Position numbers and translations under genes: made by a program | Part shown: one piece after another, positions 35,213-43,289 of the stretch | How positions within the stretch are numbered: position 1 is the stretch's first letter | Layout of the letters: the number at the start of each line of letters is the position of its first letter | Notes under the pieces: model-generated | The model's input: only the letters and a program-made list of their open reading frames with translations | Database searches by the model: none | What the model was told of the DNA's origin: nothing | Source: Phycisphaerae bacterium | GTDB taxonomy: Bacteria > Planctomycetota > Phycisphaerae > JAJVII01 | Reading direction: 5' to 3' | DNA length: 64,000 bases | Assembly: GCA_022072085.1 (NCBI GenBank) | Contig: JAJVII010000043.1 | Location: 446-64,445, forward strand

Positions 35213-35971
35213 ATGAGCGTCGTGCTGGCTGCATCCGACACCGCGAAGGCCCCGCCGCCGACCCGGTCGCTCCCGGCGGTGCAGGCGCTGGAGATCAGCA
35301 AGCGGATCGACGGCCGACCGATCCTCCAGGACGTCTGCATCGACATCGCCAAGGGGCGCTACGTCGCCCTGCTGGGGGCCAACGGCGCGGGCAAGACCAC
35401 ACTGATGAAACTGCTCTCGATGCTCGCCCCGCCCAGCGGCGGGCAGCTCCACCTGTTCGGCCAGCGGGTCACGCGCGAGGGGTCGCCGAAGCTCCGGGCG
35501 AGGATCGGGCTGATCGGCCATCAGCCGATGCTCTACGGCGACCTGACGGCGCGGGAGAACCTGCTGCTGTTCGGGCGGCTCTACGGCGTGTCCGACGTCG
35601 CCGACCGGGCCGAGGCGCTGCTGAAGCGCGTGGACCTGGCCGGCCGCGCGGACGACCCGGTGAAGGCTTACAGCCGCGGCATGACCCAGCGGGCCTCCAT
35701 CGCCCGGGCCCTGATGCACGGGCCGGACCTGCTGCTGGCCGACGAGCCCTTCAGCGGGCTGGACGCCCCCTCTAACCAGATGCTGGAGGAGCTGCTGGCC
35801 GAGTTGCACCGCGACGGCAAGACGATCGTGCTGGCCCATCACGACATCGAGCAGAGCCTGCGGGTCGCCGAGCAGGCCGTCGTGCTCCGCCGCGGACGCG
35901 TGGTCGTCGACCGCCCGACCCGGCAGCTCGACCGCGAGACGACGCTGGCGGAAATGACCGGGCAGGCATGA
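35213..35971 (+). CDS. ccmA: Heme exporter ATP-binding protein CcmA (ABC ATPase)
   Basis: Walker A GANGAGKTT, signature FSGLD?-like LSGG region (PFSGLD), Walker B LLLADEP. Position and family consistent with ccmA. Confidence 0.75.
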   Translation: MSVVLAASDTAKAPPPTRSLPAVQALEISKRIDGRPILQDVCIDIAKGRYVALLGANGAGKTTLMKLLSMLAPPSGGQLHLFGQRVTREGSPKLRARIGLIGHQPMLYGDLTARENLLLFGRLYGVSDVADRAEALLKRVDLAGRADDPVKAYSRGMTQRASIARALMHGPDLLLADEPFSGLDAPSNQMLEELLAELHRDGKTIVLAHHDIEQSLRVAEQAVVLRRGRVVVDRPTRQLDRETTLAEMTGQA

Positions 35972-36231
35972 ATACCGAATGGCGAATGTCGAATGGATGA
36001 CGAAACCCGAATGCCGAATGTCGAATGGCCCGCCGGCGGCGCAAGCTTCCGGTTCGTCATTGGTGCTTCGTCATTCTTTCGTCATTGGGAAATCGGGGCT
36101 TCCGAAAGGCCCCGGGGTCTGGCTCGCTTTTCGCCGGCTCGGAGGCGTAAAGCGTGCCTGACCCCCTCTCCCAGGGGCCTTTCAGAAACCCCCATTCGTC
36201 ATTCGTCATTGCCCCCCGAAGGGGGCCTGCC
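35972..36231. repeat. MITE-like CGAATG word-repeat element (left CCGAATGGCGAATGTCGAATGG…, right …CATTCGTCATTCGTCATTG) with internal hairpins
   Basis: Forward GAATG-type repeats at 35975-36030 and reverse-complement CGTCATT/CATTCG repeats at 36045-36210, plus small GC hairpins (GGGGCTTCCGAAAGGCCCC, CCCCCCGAAGGGGGC). Fills the ccmA-ccmB spacer. Same family as 7391-7706. Confidence 0.55.
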
Positions 36232-36921
36232 ATGACCGTGCTGGGCCAGATCGTTCTGCTCACCGGCAAGGACCTGCGGATCGAGCTGCGCACGCGGCAG
36301 ACCGTCGGACTGGTCATCACGCTGGGGCTGCTGATCGTGACGGTGCTGGGGCTGGGCCTGGCGCCGGAGGGCAAGCTGGGCGGCTACGCGGCGCCGGCAG
36401 TGCTCTGGGTCGCCTACCTCTTCGGCGGCGTGCTGATCTTCGAGAAGACGATGGACAAGGAGCGCCGCGACGGGGCGATGGCCGGCCTGATGATGGCCCC
36501 GATCGACCGCGGCGTGATCTTCCTGGCCAAGCTGCTGAGCAACCTGGCGCTGCTGGGGTTCCTGGCCGTCGTGATCGCGCTGTTCGCGATCGTGCTGTTC
36601 GGGCTGGACCTGTCGGCGGCCCCGGGCGGTTTCGCCGGGGTGATGGCGATGAGCCTGCTGGGGTTCGCCGCGGTCGGGACGCTTTTTTCGGCGCTGACCA
36701 GTTCGACGCGGCTGTCGGGCGGGCTGCTGGCGATGCTGGTGTTCCCGATCGCCATCCCATTGGTGATTGCATCGACCAGCGTGCTCAACCGGCTGTTCGC
36801 GTCCAAGCCCGCTGCCGGGGACGACGGCACGTTTCTGACGGCCCTGGGCGTGCTGGTCGCATTTGACGTGGTGTTCCTGGTGGTGAGTTGGCTGATCTTC
36901 GAGGTCGTGCTGGAACCGTGA
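36232..36921 (+). CDS. ccmB: Heme exporter membrane protein CcmB
   Basis: About 229 aa with 6 TM helices and CcmB-like N-terminus MTVLGQIVLLTGKDLRIELRTRQ. ORF-track 36154 is an extension into the repeat element. Confidence 0.7.
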   Translation: MTVLGQIVLLTGKDLRIELRTRQTVGLVITLGLLIVTVLGLGLAPEGKLGGYAAPAVLWVAYLFGGVLIFEKTMDKERRDGAMAGLMMAPIDRGVIFLAKLLSNLALLGFLAVVIALFAIVLFGLDLSAAPGGFAGVMAMSLLGFAAVGTLFSALTSSTRLSGGLLAMLVFPIAIPLVIASTSVLNRLFASKPAAGDDGTFLTALGVLVAFDVVFLVVSWLIFEVVLEP

Positions 36922-37085
36922 GGTCAATGACGAATGTCGAATTCCGAATGACGAAGGAATGGCGAAGCACCAATGACGAATGGAAGGCGCGCGTCGCTCT
37001 CGGCCCGTGGGCATTCGTGATTCGGGCTTCGTCATTCACTCGACATTCGACATTCATCACTCGACATTGCCCGTAGGAGTCTTCC
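36922..37085. repeat. MITE-like CGAATG word-repeat element (third copy), ccmB-ccmC spacer
   Basis: AATGACGAATGTCGAATTCCGAATGACGAAGGAATGG… is followed by its inverted counterpart …ATTCGTGATTCGGGCTTCGTCATTCACTCGACATTCGACATTCATCACTCGACATTG. Confidence 0.55.
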
Positions 37086-37763
37086 ATGCGGATGAGAGTC
37101 ACACTCTACTGGCTGGCCACGGCGGCGGCGTTCGCCGGCGGGGTGGCCTTGCTGATCCTCTACACGCCCAGGGAACGGACGATGGGCGTGATCCAGAAGG
37201 TCTTCTACGTCCATCTGCCGTCGGCAATCTGCATGCTGCTGTGCGGGCTGCTGGTGTTTGTCGCAAGCATCGGCTACCTCGGCTCGCGGCGGATGTGGTG
37301 GGACGACCTGGCGGCGGCCGCGGCGCGGGTGGCGATCCTGCTGGGGGCGATCGTCCTGATGACCGGCATGCTGTGGGGCCACATCGCCTGGTGGGGCCGG
37401 ATGCGGTGGTGGTACTTCACCCCCAAGCTCACCTTCAGCCTGCTGCTGTTCCTGCTCTATCTGGTCTACGTGATGATTCGGCCGGCCGTCGAGTCGCCGC
37501 AACGCCGGGCGGTCGTGGCGGCCGTCTACGGCGTCATCGCCTTCCTGGATGTACCGCTGGTCTGGCTGTCGGCCAGGCTGATCCCCGACCCGCTGCACCC
37601 GGTCAACGAGGGCATGGCCGCCCCGATGAAGATGACCCTGCTCTACTGGTTCGTGCCGGTGGGGCTGATGGTGGCCGGGCTGATCGTCGCCCGGTTCCGG
37701 CTCAACCGCGCCGTCCGCGAGCGGGCCGACGCCCTGGCCGGGTCGGCCGGAGGTGACGCATGA
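37086..37763 (+). CDS. ccmC: Heme exporter protein CcmC-like (divergent tryptophan-rich loop)
   Basis: 225 aa with 6 TM helices and a W-rich periplasmic loop (GMLWGHIAWWGRMRWWYFTPKLT) in the position of the CcmC WWD motif. Family call is by architecture and context. Confidence 0.65.
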   Translation: MRMRVTLYWLATAAAFAGGVALLILYTPRERTMGVIQKVFYVHLPSAICMLLCGLLVFVASIGYLGSRRMWWDDLAAAAARVAILLGAIVLMTGMLWGHIAWWGRMRWWYFTPKLTFSLLLFLLYLVYVMIRPAVESPQRRAVVAAVYGVIAFLDVPLVWLSARLIPDPLHPVNEGMAAPMKMTLLYWFVPVGLMVAGLIVARFRLNRAVRERADALAGSAGGDA

Positions 37764-37876
37764 GCGACAGGCAGTTCCTTATCCTGGCTTACGCGATCGC
37801 CCTGGGCTTGATGTGGGGCTACGCCGCGATCCTCTGGGCAGGCCTGGCCAGGTTGCGTGCGAAGTCGAAGCGGTAA
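37760..37876 (+). CDS. ccmD: Small single-TM protein, CcmD-like
   Basis: 38 aa (MSDRQFLILAYAIALGLMWGYAAILWAGLARLRAKSKR), ATGA-coupled to ccmC. Not in the ORF track, which is presumably length-filtered. Confidence 0.45.
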   Translation: MSDRQFLILAYAIALGLMWGYAAILWAGLARLRAKSKR

Positions 37877-37880
37877 GACC

Positions 37881-37894
37881 GGCACGAACGACGC
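37881..37894 (+). promoter_or_regulatory. Weak sigma-54-like element GGCACG-AACGA-CGC
   Basis: GG/GC spacing and the GGCACG -24 box are correct but the -12 region lacks TT. Lies upstream of the 37934 octaheme gene. Confidence 0.3.
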
Positions 37895-37933
37895 CCGCAA
37901 CCGTTCGGTCCTGATTCTGGATTCGAGTCTGAA

Positions 37934-39136
37934 GTGAACGAGCAACTTGTACGACATCTTGGCGTGTCCCGATGGATCGCCCGATCCGCGATGGCGCTGC
38001 TGTCGATCGGACTGGTCGCGGGTCTGGCCCGGGCGCTGGCTGACGGCGACGCCCCGGCCGCCGAACCCGCGAAGGTGCAACCCGCGCCCAACCCGCACTG
38101 GAACGACGCCGGCTGCGCCACCTGCCACGGGCCGGGCGAGCCGAAGAAGATCGCCCCGGCTGACGCCGACAAGCTCTGCCTCTCCTGCCACGACGGCAAG
38201 CGGGCGCTGCTGGAGACCCACCCGGTCGGCCGACCGCTGGACGCCGAGCAGTTCAACCAGCCGCCCGGCTGGCCGTTGACCGACGGGCGCATCGGCTGCC
38301 TGAGCTGCCACAACCCGGCCCGGGAGCACTGCCGGCGCGGGCAGCGGAGGCCGATGCTCAACCCGATGTTCCTGCGCGGGCTGGCCGCCGGGGGCGTGGT
38401 CAACGCGTTCTGCTCCAACTGCCATCGGCTGGGCAATTACCAGAAGCTCAACCCGCACGTCCAGCGCGACGAGTCGGGCGTGCTGGCAGCCAAGTGCGGC
38501 TTCTGCCACGGCGAGGCGATGAGCGCCCAGGCGAAGGTGCGCACCGGCTACGAGGGGCTGCACCGCCCGCAGGTGGAACTCTGCCGCGGCTGCCATCCGA
38601 CGCACATCGAGTATTTCAATCCCGGCCATGTCGGGCAGAAGCTCTCGCCGACGATGCTGGCGCGGGTCAAGCCGCTGGCTGACCTGGTCGGTCCGGCGCC
38701 CGGCGGGCAGATCGCCTGCTCAACCTGCCACAACCCGCACGAAGCCGGCGTCTTCCCCCTCGGCAGCGAAATGAACGGTCCGACGCCGCTGCGGGCGGCC
38801 GGCCCGGACAAGATCATCGCCTCGATGAACCCCAGCAAGCTCTGCTCGAGCTGCCACGAGATGGCCCGCGGCGCCGGGGCGCTGAAGGTCGAGAAGGGCC
38901 CGGAGGACGCCAACGCCCCGGTCCTGCCCGAGCCGCCGCTGCTGAAGCTGGCCGTCTGCCCCGTGGACGACCGGCCGCTGGGGCCCGACGCGATCACCGC
39001 GACCGTCCGCGGGCAGCGGATCACCTTCTGCTCGCGCGTCTGCATGAGGAAGTTCCAGACCGACCCCGACGCCTGCCTGCTGAAGATCCGCCGTATGCAG
39101 CAGCAGGCGCCGACCACGCAACCGCAATCGCCGTGA
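37934..39136 (+). CDS. Octaheme c-type cytochrome with C-terminal YHS/TRASH-like metal-binding domain
   Basis: Signal peptide (MALLSIGLVAGLARALA is an alternative start at 37991). Eight heme motifs: CATCH, CLSCH x2, CSNCH, CGFCH, CRGCH, CSTCH, CSSCH. The C-terminal CPVDDRPLGPDAITATVRGQRITFCSRVCMRKFQTDP matches a YHS-type Cys pattern. Confidence 0.75.
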   Translation: MNEQLVRHLGVSRWIARSAMALLSIGLVAGLARALADGDAPAAEPAKVQPAPNPHWNDAGCATCHGPGEPKKIAPADADKLCLSCHDGKRALLETHPVGRPLDAEQFNQPPGWPLTDGRIGCLSCHNPAREHCRRGQRRPMLNPMFLRGLAAGGVVNAFCSNCHRLGNYQKLNPHVQRDESGVLAAKCGFCHGEAMSAQAKVRTGYEGLHRPQVELCRGCHPTHIEYFNPGHVGQKLSPTMLARVKPLADLVGPAPGGQIACSTCHNPHEAGVFPLGSEMNGPTPLRAAGPDKIIASMNPSKLCSSCHEMARGAGALKVEKGPEDANAPVLPEPPLLKLAVCPVDDRPLGPDAITATVRGQRITFCSRVCMRKFQTDPDACLLKIRRMQQQAPTTQPQSP

Positions 39137-39146
39137 GGACGCCGCC

Positions 39147-41144
39147 TTGGGCATGACAAGAATCATAAGCGTGCTTGTGAAGGATCGCACCGGCGACAGG
39201 CTCCGTCGCTTGCAGCGGGGACTCTGCTGCGCGGCGCTGGCAGCGCTGGCCATGATGGGCCTGCCCGCAGGCGCCCGCGCCGACGACACCGAAGGCTGCC
39301 TGATGTGCCACCGCTACGCGGGGCTGACGGCGGTCGACCCCAAGACCGACCACATTCGGCTCTATGGCGTCGACCCGGACTACTATCGCCACGAGCTGGG
39401 CCCGCACGTCCGGCTGAAGTGCACCGACTGCCACGACCGCGAAGCGGTGAGCACCGTGCCGCACAAACCGGTCCAGCCGGTGGACTGCACGCGGCAGTGC
39501 CACCTGAGAAGTCCGCAGCGGACCGAGCAGCTCTTCAGCCACAGCCGCATCGCCAGCATGCTCAAGGCGTCGGTTCACGACCCCGGCATGACGCTGGCCC
39601 AGAGCAACCGGCTGCTGGGCAGCCCGCTGCGCGAGGGCCAGAGCACCTGCCTGCTCTGCCACGACGAGCCGCGGTTCCTGCCGCCGGGGCACTCGTGGGC
39701 CGACAGTGAGGCCCCGATCGAGCGCTGCAACGTCTGCCACGACGAGTCGATGGGCGTGGACACGCGATACTTCTACCGCCACGTCGAGGCCCGCAGCGCG
39801 TCGGCCCGCAACAACCAGGACACCGTCCGCGTCTGCGCCCTCTGCCACGCCAACGACGCGGTGCGCAAGCAGTACGAGCTGCCCGACTCGATCGCCAGCT
39901 ACCTCAACAGCTTTCACGGCAAGGCCACGCTGCTGGGCAGCCAGGAGACCGCCGACTGCCTCGACTGCCATGTCGGGCCCATGCAGAACGTCCACATGGT
40001 GATGCGGCACGCCGACGCCAGGGCGCCGACGCATCCCGGCCGGCTCGAGGACACCTGCCGCACGCCCAGATGCCACCCGGCCGCAGGTGCAAGAATCAGC
40101 TCGGCCGCCGTCCACCTGGACCTCGCGACCGGACGAAGCGTCGAGTGGGTCATCGCACTGCTGTTCATCTTCCTGATCCTGTTCACCTTCGGCCCGTCGG
40201 TGATGCTGACGGCGCTCAAGATGCTCCACGTCGTCGTCGGCCGCCACGACCCGGGCGACCACGACCGTGCCCACCGCGCCGAGCGGATCGTCGTCCAGCC
40301 GCGCGGGCGCAAGCTGCTCGAGCGGTTCAACCCACACCAGCGGGCCCAGCACTGGGTGCTGGCGATCACCTTCGCGACGCTCGTGCTGACGGGCTTCCCG
40401 ATGAAGTTCGCCGACCGGGCGTGGGCCGCCTGGCTGGTCAACCTGATCGGCGGGCTCACCGTCGCCCGCGTCGTCCACCGCGTCGCCGGCGTGACGCTGA
40501 TCGTCGCGATGCTCTACCACATCGGCTACATCATCCGCACGCTGGTGCGCAGCAAGCGGCGCGAGGGCAAGAGCTGGTTCCGCGCCGTCTACGAACTGCC
40601 GATGATGATCACGTTCGCCGACCTCAAGCAGATGGGCCAGATGATGGCCTACCTGCTGTTCCTGCGCCGGACGCGGCCGCAGTTCGACCGCTTCAACCTC
40701 GAAGAGAAGTTCGAATACATCGGCGTGTTCTGGGGCACGTTCCTGCTGGGGTTCACCGGGGCGCTGATGTGGGCCAACGCATGGACCAGCCAGCACTTCC
40801 CCGGGCGGCTGCTCACCATCGCCACGCTCGTCCACACGATGGAGGCGCTGCTGGCGCTGCTGCACGTGGGCGTCGTCCACATGATCAGCGTCATTTTCGC
40901 GCCCGGCGTGTTCCCGATCAGCCCGGCCATGTTCACCGGCAGGACGCCCACCGAGGAAATCGCCGAGGCCCACGGCGCGATGCTCGCCCGGGCCGAGGCG
41001 GCCATGGGCGTCGGCGAGCATTACGATTCCCCGCCGTCAGGTGGGGATCGGGGGTCAGGGGCCGGGGGCCAGGCGCCTCCGCCCGATCCCCAGCCCCCGA
41101 CCCCCGACCCGGCCAAGGGCGGAAAGGAGGACAGCCATGGTTAA
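39147..41144 (+). CDS. CbcL-like fusion: periplasmic multiheme cytochrome c domain (6 CXXCH + CX3CH/CX4CH) fused to a membrane diheme cytochrome b (HydC/FdnI family) domain; putative quinol oxidoreductase feeding periplasmic cytochromes
   Basis: Signal peptide, then CLMCH, CTDCH, CTRQCH, CLLCH, CNVCH, CALCH, CLDCH and CRTPRCH. Five TM helices follow, with HydC/FdnI-like His pairs (…NPHQRAQHWVLAITFATLVLTGFPMKF…, …EALLALLHVGVVHMISV…). Low-complexity Pro-rich tail. Confidence 0.8.
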   Translation: MGMTRIISVLVKDRTGDRLRRLQRGLCCAALAALAMMGLPAGARADDTEGCLMCHRYAGLTAVDPKTDHIRLYGVDPDYYRHELGPHVRLKCTDCHDREAVSTVPHKPVQPVDCTRQCHLRSPQRTEQLFSHSRIASMLKASVHDPGMTLAQSNRLLGSPLREGQSTCLLCHDEPRFLPPGHSWADSEAPIERCNVCHDESMGVDTRYFYRHVEARSASARNNQDTVRVCALCHANDAVRKQYELPDSIASYLNSFHGKATLLGSQETADCLDCHVGPMQNVHMVMRHADARAPTHPGRLEDTCRTPRCHPAAGARISSAAVHLDLATGRSVEWVIALLFIFLILFTFGPSVMLTALKMLHVVVGRHDPGDHDRAHRAERIVVQPRGRKLLERFNPHQRAQHWVLAITFATLVLTGFPMKFADRAWAAWLVNLIGGLTVARVVHRVAGVTLIVAMLYHIGYIIRTLVRSKRREGKSWFRAVYELPMMITFADLKQMGQMMAYLLFLRRTRPQFDRFNLEEKFEYIGVFWGTFLLGFTGALMWANAWTSQHFPGRLLTIATLVHTMEALLALLHVGVVHMISVIFAPGVFPISPAMFTGRTPTEEIAEAHGAMLARAEAAMGVGEHYDSPPSGGDRGSGAGGQAPPPDPQPPTPDPAKGGKEDSHG

Positions 41145-42279
41145 GCGCGTCCTCCGACAGATCGAGGTGAAGCTGGCCAAGCTGAGCTGGGCCGCCATCC
41201 GCACGACGACGGTTCGGCTGTGGGCGGCGGCGATCCTGGTCGTCGTGGTCTGGGCCGGCGCCGTCGCGGTGCGCTACCTGGTCCGCCAGGTCTTCCAGCC
41301 CGCGCCGGTTCCGCAGAAGTTCCTCGCCTGGCAGGGACACATAGAAGCCGACGACCTGCGACAGCCTGACGTGCCGGGCCTGAACGCCCCCAGCCAGCGG
41401 GCCCCGCTGGGCCACTATCACACCGTCGAGTCGTGGTATCAGCCCGAGCCGCGCAACGCCTGCACGCTGTCCGGCTGCCACGGTCCGCTGCCGCACGAGA
41501 AGATCGCGACGGTGCGGGCCTTCGCCAACTTCCACACGACGTTCCTCAACTGCCTCACCTGCCACGGAGAATATGACGCCGGTCCGATCCCCGCCTGCTG
41601 GGTAAACACCCAGAGCGGCGAGGCCCAGGACCCGCCGCCGCTGCTCCAGATCATCAGCTACTTCCAGGAGCAGCAGGCCGAGCTTCGCAAGCGGGCCGAG
41701 TCGGCCGACGCCGCCGGCCAGCCTCAGCCTGACGCCGGAGCGGCGCTCTTCCCGCCGCTGTTCGCCGACACGCCACGGCAGGCCAACGACAAGGTGCTGC
41801 CGTTGCTGCGCGAGGTGATCGCGCTGACCGGTCCGCGCGGCGTGCTGAACTACCTGCTGCTCCAGATTCAGACCAGCCAGCCCGGCTCGCCGGTGTGGAA
41901 GCACGCGATGGCCCAACTCGCCAGCGAAGCCCCCAGCCATGCCCGCGGGCAATACGGCGCCAAGATCGCCCCGGGCGGCGGCGACGACTACCTCGACGCC
42001 AACGACGCCTTGGCCAAGCTGGCCCGGCAGTATCTCAAGGCCTCCCAGGGCGGCGACCGCTCACGGCTCTACGGGCAGATTCACAAGTCCGTGATGTCCC
42101 AGCCGCACGATTGCGTCACCTGTCACGACACGCAGGCCCATCGGCTGGATTTCGCCAAGCTCGGCTATTCGCCGCAGCGTGAGAACGACCTGCGCAACCT
42201 GGAGCAGGCACGCGTCGGCGACATGGTCCGCCACGGCGGCGTCTGGCGGATGCCGGCCATGATGATGGAGGGCCCGTGA
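41137..42279 (+). CDS. Membrane-anchored c-type cytochrome (2 CXXCH + 1 CX4CH), CbcL-associated
   Basis: AAGGAGG lies 6 nt upstream of ATG 41137. TM anchor (LWAAAILVVVVWAGAVAV), then CTLSGCH, CLTCH and CVTCH. Overlaps the preceding gene by 8 nt. ORF-track 41041 is an extension. Confidence 0.6.
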   Translation: MVKRVLRQIEVKLAKLSWAAIRTTTVRLWAAAILVVVVWAGAVAVRYLVRQVFQPAPVPQKFLAWQGHIEADDLRQPDVPGLNAPSQRAPLGHYHTVESWYQPEPRNACTLSGCHGPLPHEKIATVRAFANFHTTFLNCLTCHGEYDAGPIPACWVNTQSGEAQDPPPLLQIISYFQEQQAELRKRAESADAAGQPQPDAGAALFPPLFADTPRQANDKVLPLLREVIALTGPRGVLNYLLLQIQTSQPGSPVWKHAMAQLASEAPSHARGQYGAKIAPGGGDDYLDANDALAKLARQYLKASQGGDRSRLYGQIHKSVMSQPHDCVTCHDTQAHRLDFAKLGYSPQRENDLRNLEQARVGDMVRHGGVWRMPAMMMEGP

Positions 42280-43289
42280 TGCGCGCCCGCCTCCTCTGCC
42301 TGGTCCTGGGGGCGACGGTCCTGCTGACGGCCCCCGCCGACGCCGTCGCGCCCATGCCCCCGGACAAGCGGATCGTCGCGAAGGTCTCCAGCCGACTGGC
42401 CGGTCCCGACGATGCCCCGCTGGTCATGCCCACCGACGTCGCCTCCGACAGCCGCGGCCGCGTCTACGTCGCCGACGGCGTGAACAACCGCGTGCTGATC
42501 TTCGACGCCGCAGGCAAACCCGCCGGCCTGCTGACCACCGCCCGCGACACGCCGCTCAAGTGCCCGACCGGCCTGTTCGTGGACGCGACCGACCGGCTCT
42601 GGATCGCCGACACCGGCAACCGGCGGGTTGTCGTCGTCGCCCCGACCGGCGAACTGGCCGACGTGATCCCCGTCGCGGGCGCCGACGCCGCCCACCCGAC
42701 CGACGCCACCGACGTCGCCGTCAGCGCCGACGGGACGCGCCTGTTCGTCATCGACAACGACAACCACCGCATCCTGATCCGCGACAACGCGACCGGCAAG
42801 TGGACCGCCGCCGGCAAGTCCGGCCAGGCGCTGGGCCAGTTCCGCTGGCCATTTACCGCCTGCATCGACGGCGACGGCGAGCTGCTGGTCTGTGAGGCCA
42901 TCGGCGCCCGCGTGCAGCGGGTCGTCCCCGGACCCGAGCCCCGGTGGGCCGGCGAAATCGGCCACTTCGGCGTTCGGCTGGGCCAGCTCTATCGCCCCAA
43001 GGGCGTCGCGTCGGTCGGCCGCGGCGACGCGACCCGCGTCTACGTCTCCGACTCGACCACCGGCACGGTGCAGGCGTTCGACCTCCAGGGCCGCTCGCAG
43101 GGCGCGCTGACCGACGACCAGGGCCGCCTGCTTCGATTCGAGCACCCGATGGGCCTGTGGATCGACCGCCAGGGGCGGCTGCTCATCGTCGAATTCGGCG
43201 CCAACCGCGTCGCGGTCGTCGACCTGCCCGACAGCCGGCCCGCGCCCGACGCGCCGACCACGCAACCCGACGCGGAGGGCCGCCCGTGA
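42276..43289 (+). CDS. NHL-repeat beta-propeller protein (periplasmic)
   Basis: Signal peptide, then repeated …RVYVADGVNNRVLIFD…, …LWIADTGNRRVVVV…, …LFVIDNDNHRILIRD…, …VYVSDSTTGTVQAFD… blades. Confidence 0.7.
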   Translation: MMRARLLCLVLGATVLLTAPADAVAPMPPDKRIVAKVSSRLAGPDDAPLVMPTDVASDSRGRVYVADGVNNRVLIFDAAGKPAGLLTTARDTPLKCPTGLFVDATDRLWIADTGNRRVVVVAPTGELADVIPVAGADAAHPTDATDVAVSADGTRLFVIDNDNHRILIRDNATGKWTAAGKSGQALGQFRWPFTACIDGDGELLVCEAIGARVQRVVPGPEPRWAGEIGHFGVRLGQLYRPKGVASVGRGDATRVYVSDSTTGTVQAFDLQGRSQGALTDDQGRLLRFEHPMGLWIDRQGRLLIVEFGANRVAVVDLPDSRPAPDAPTTQPDAEGRP

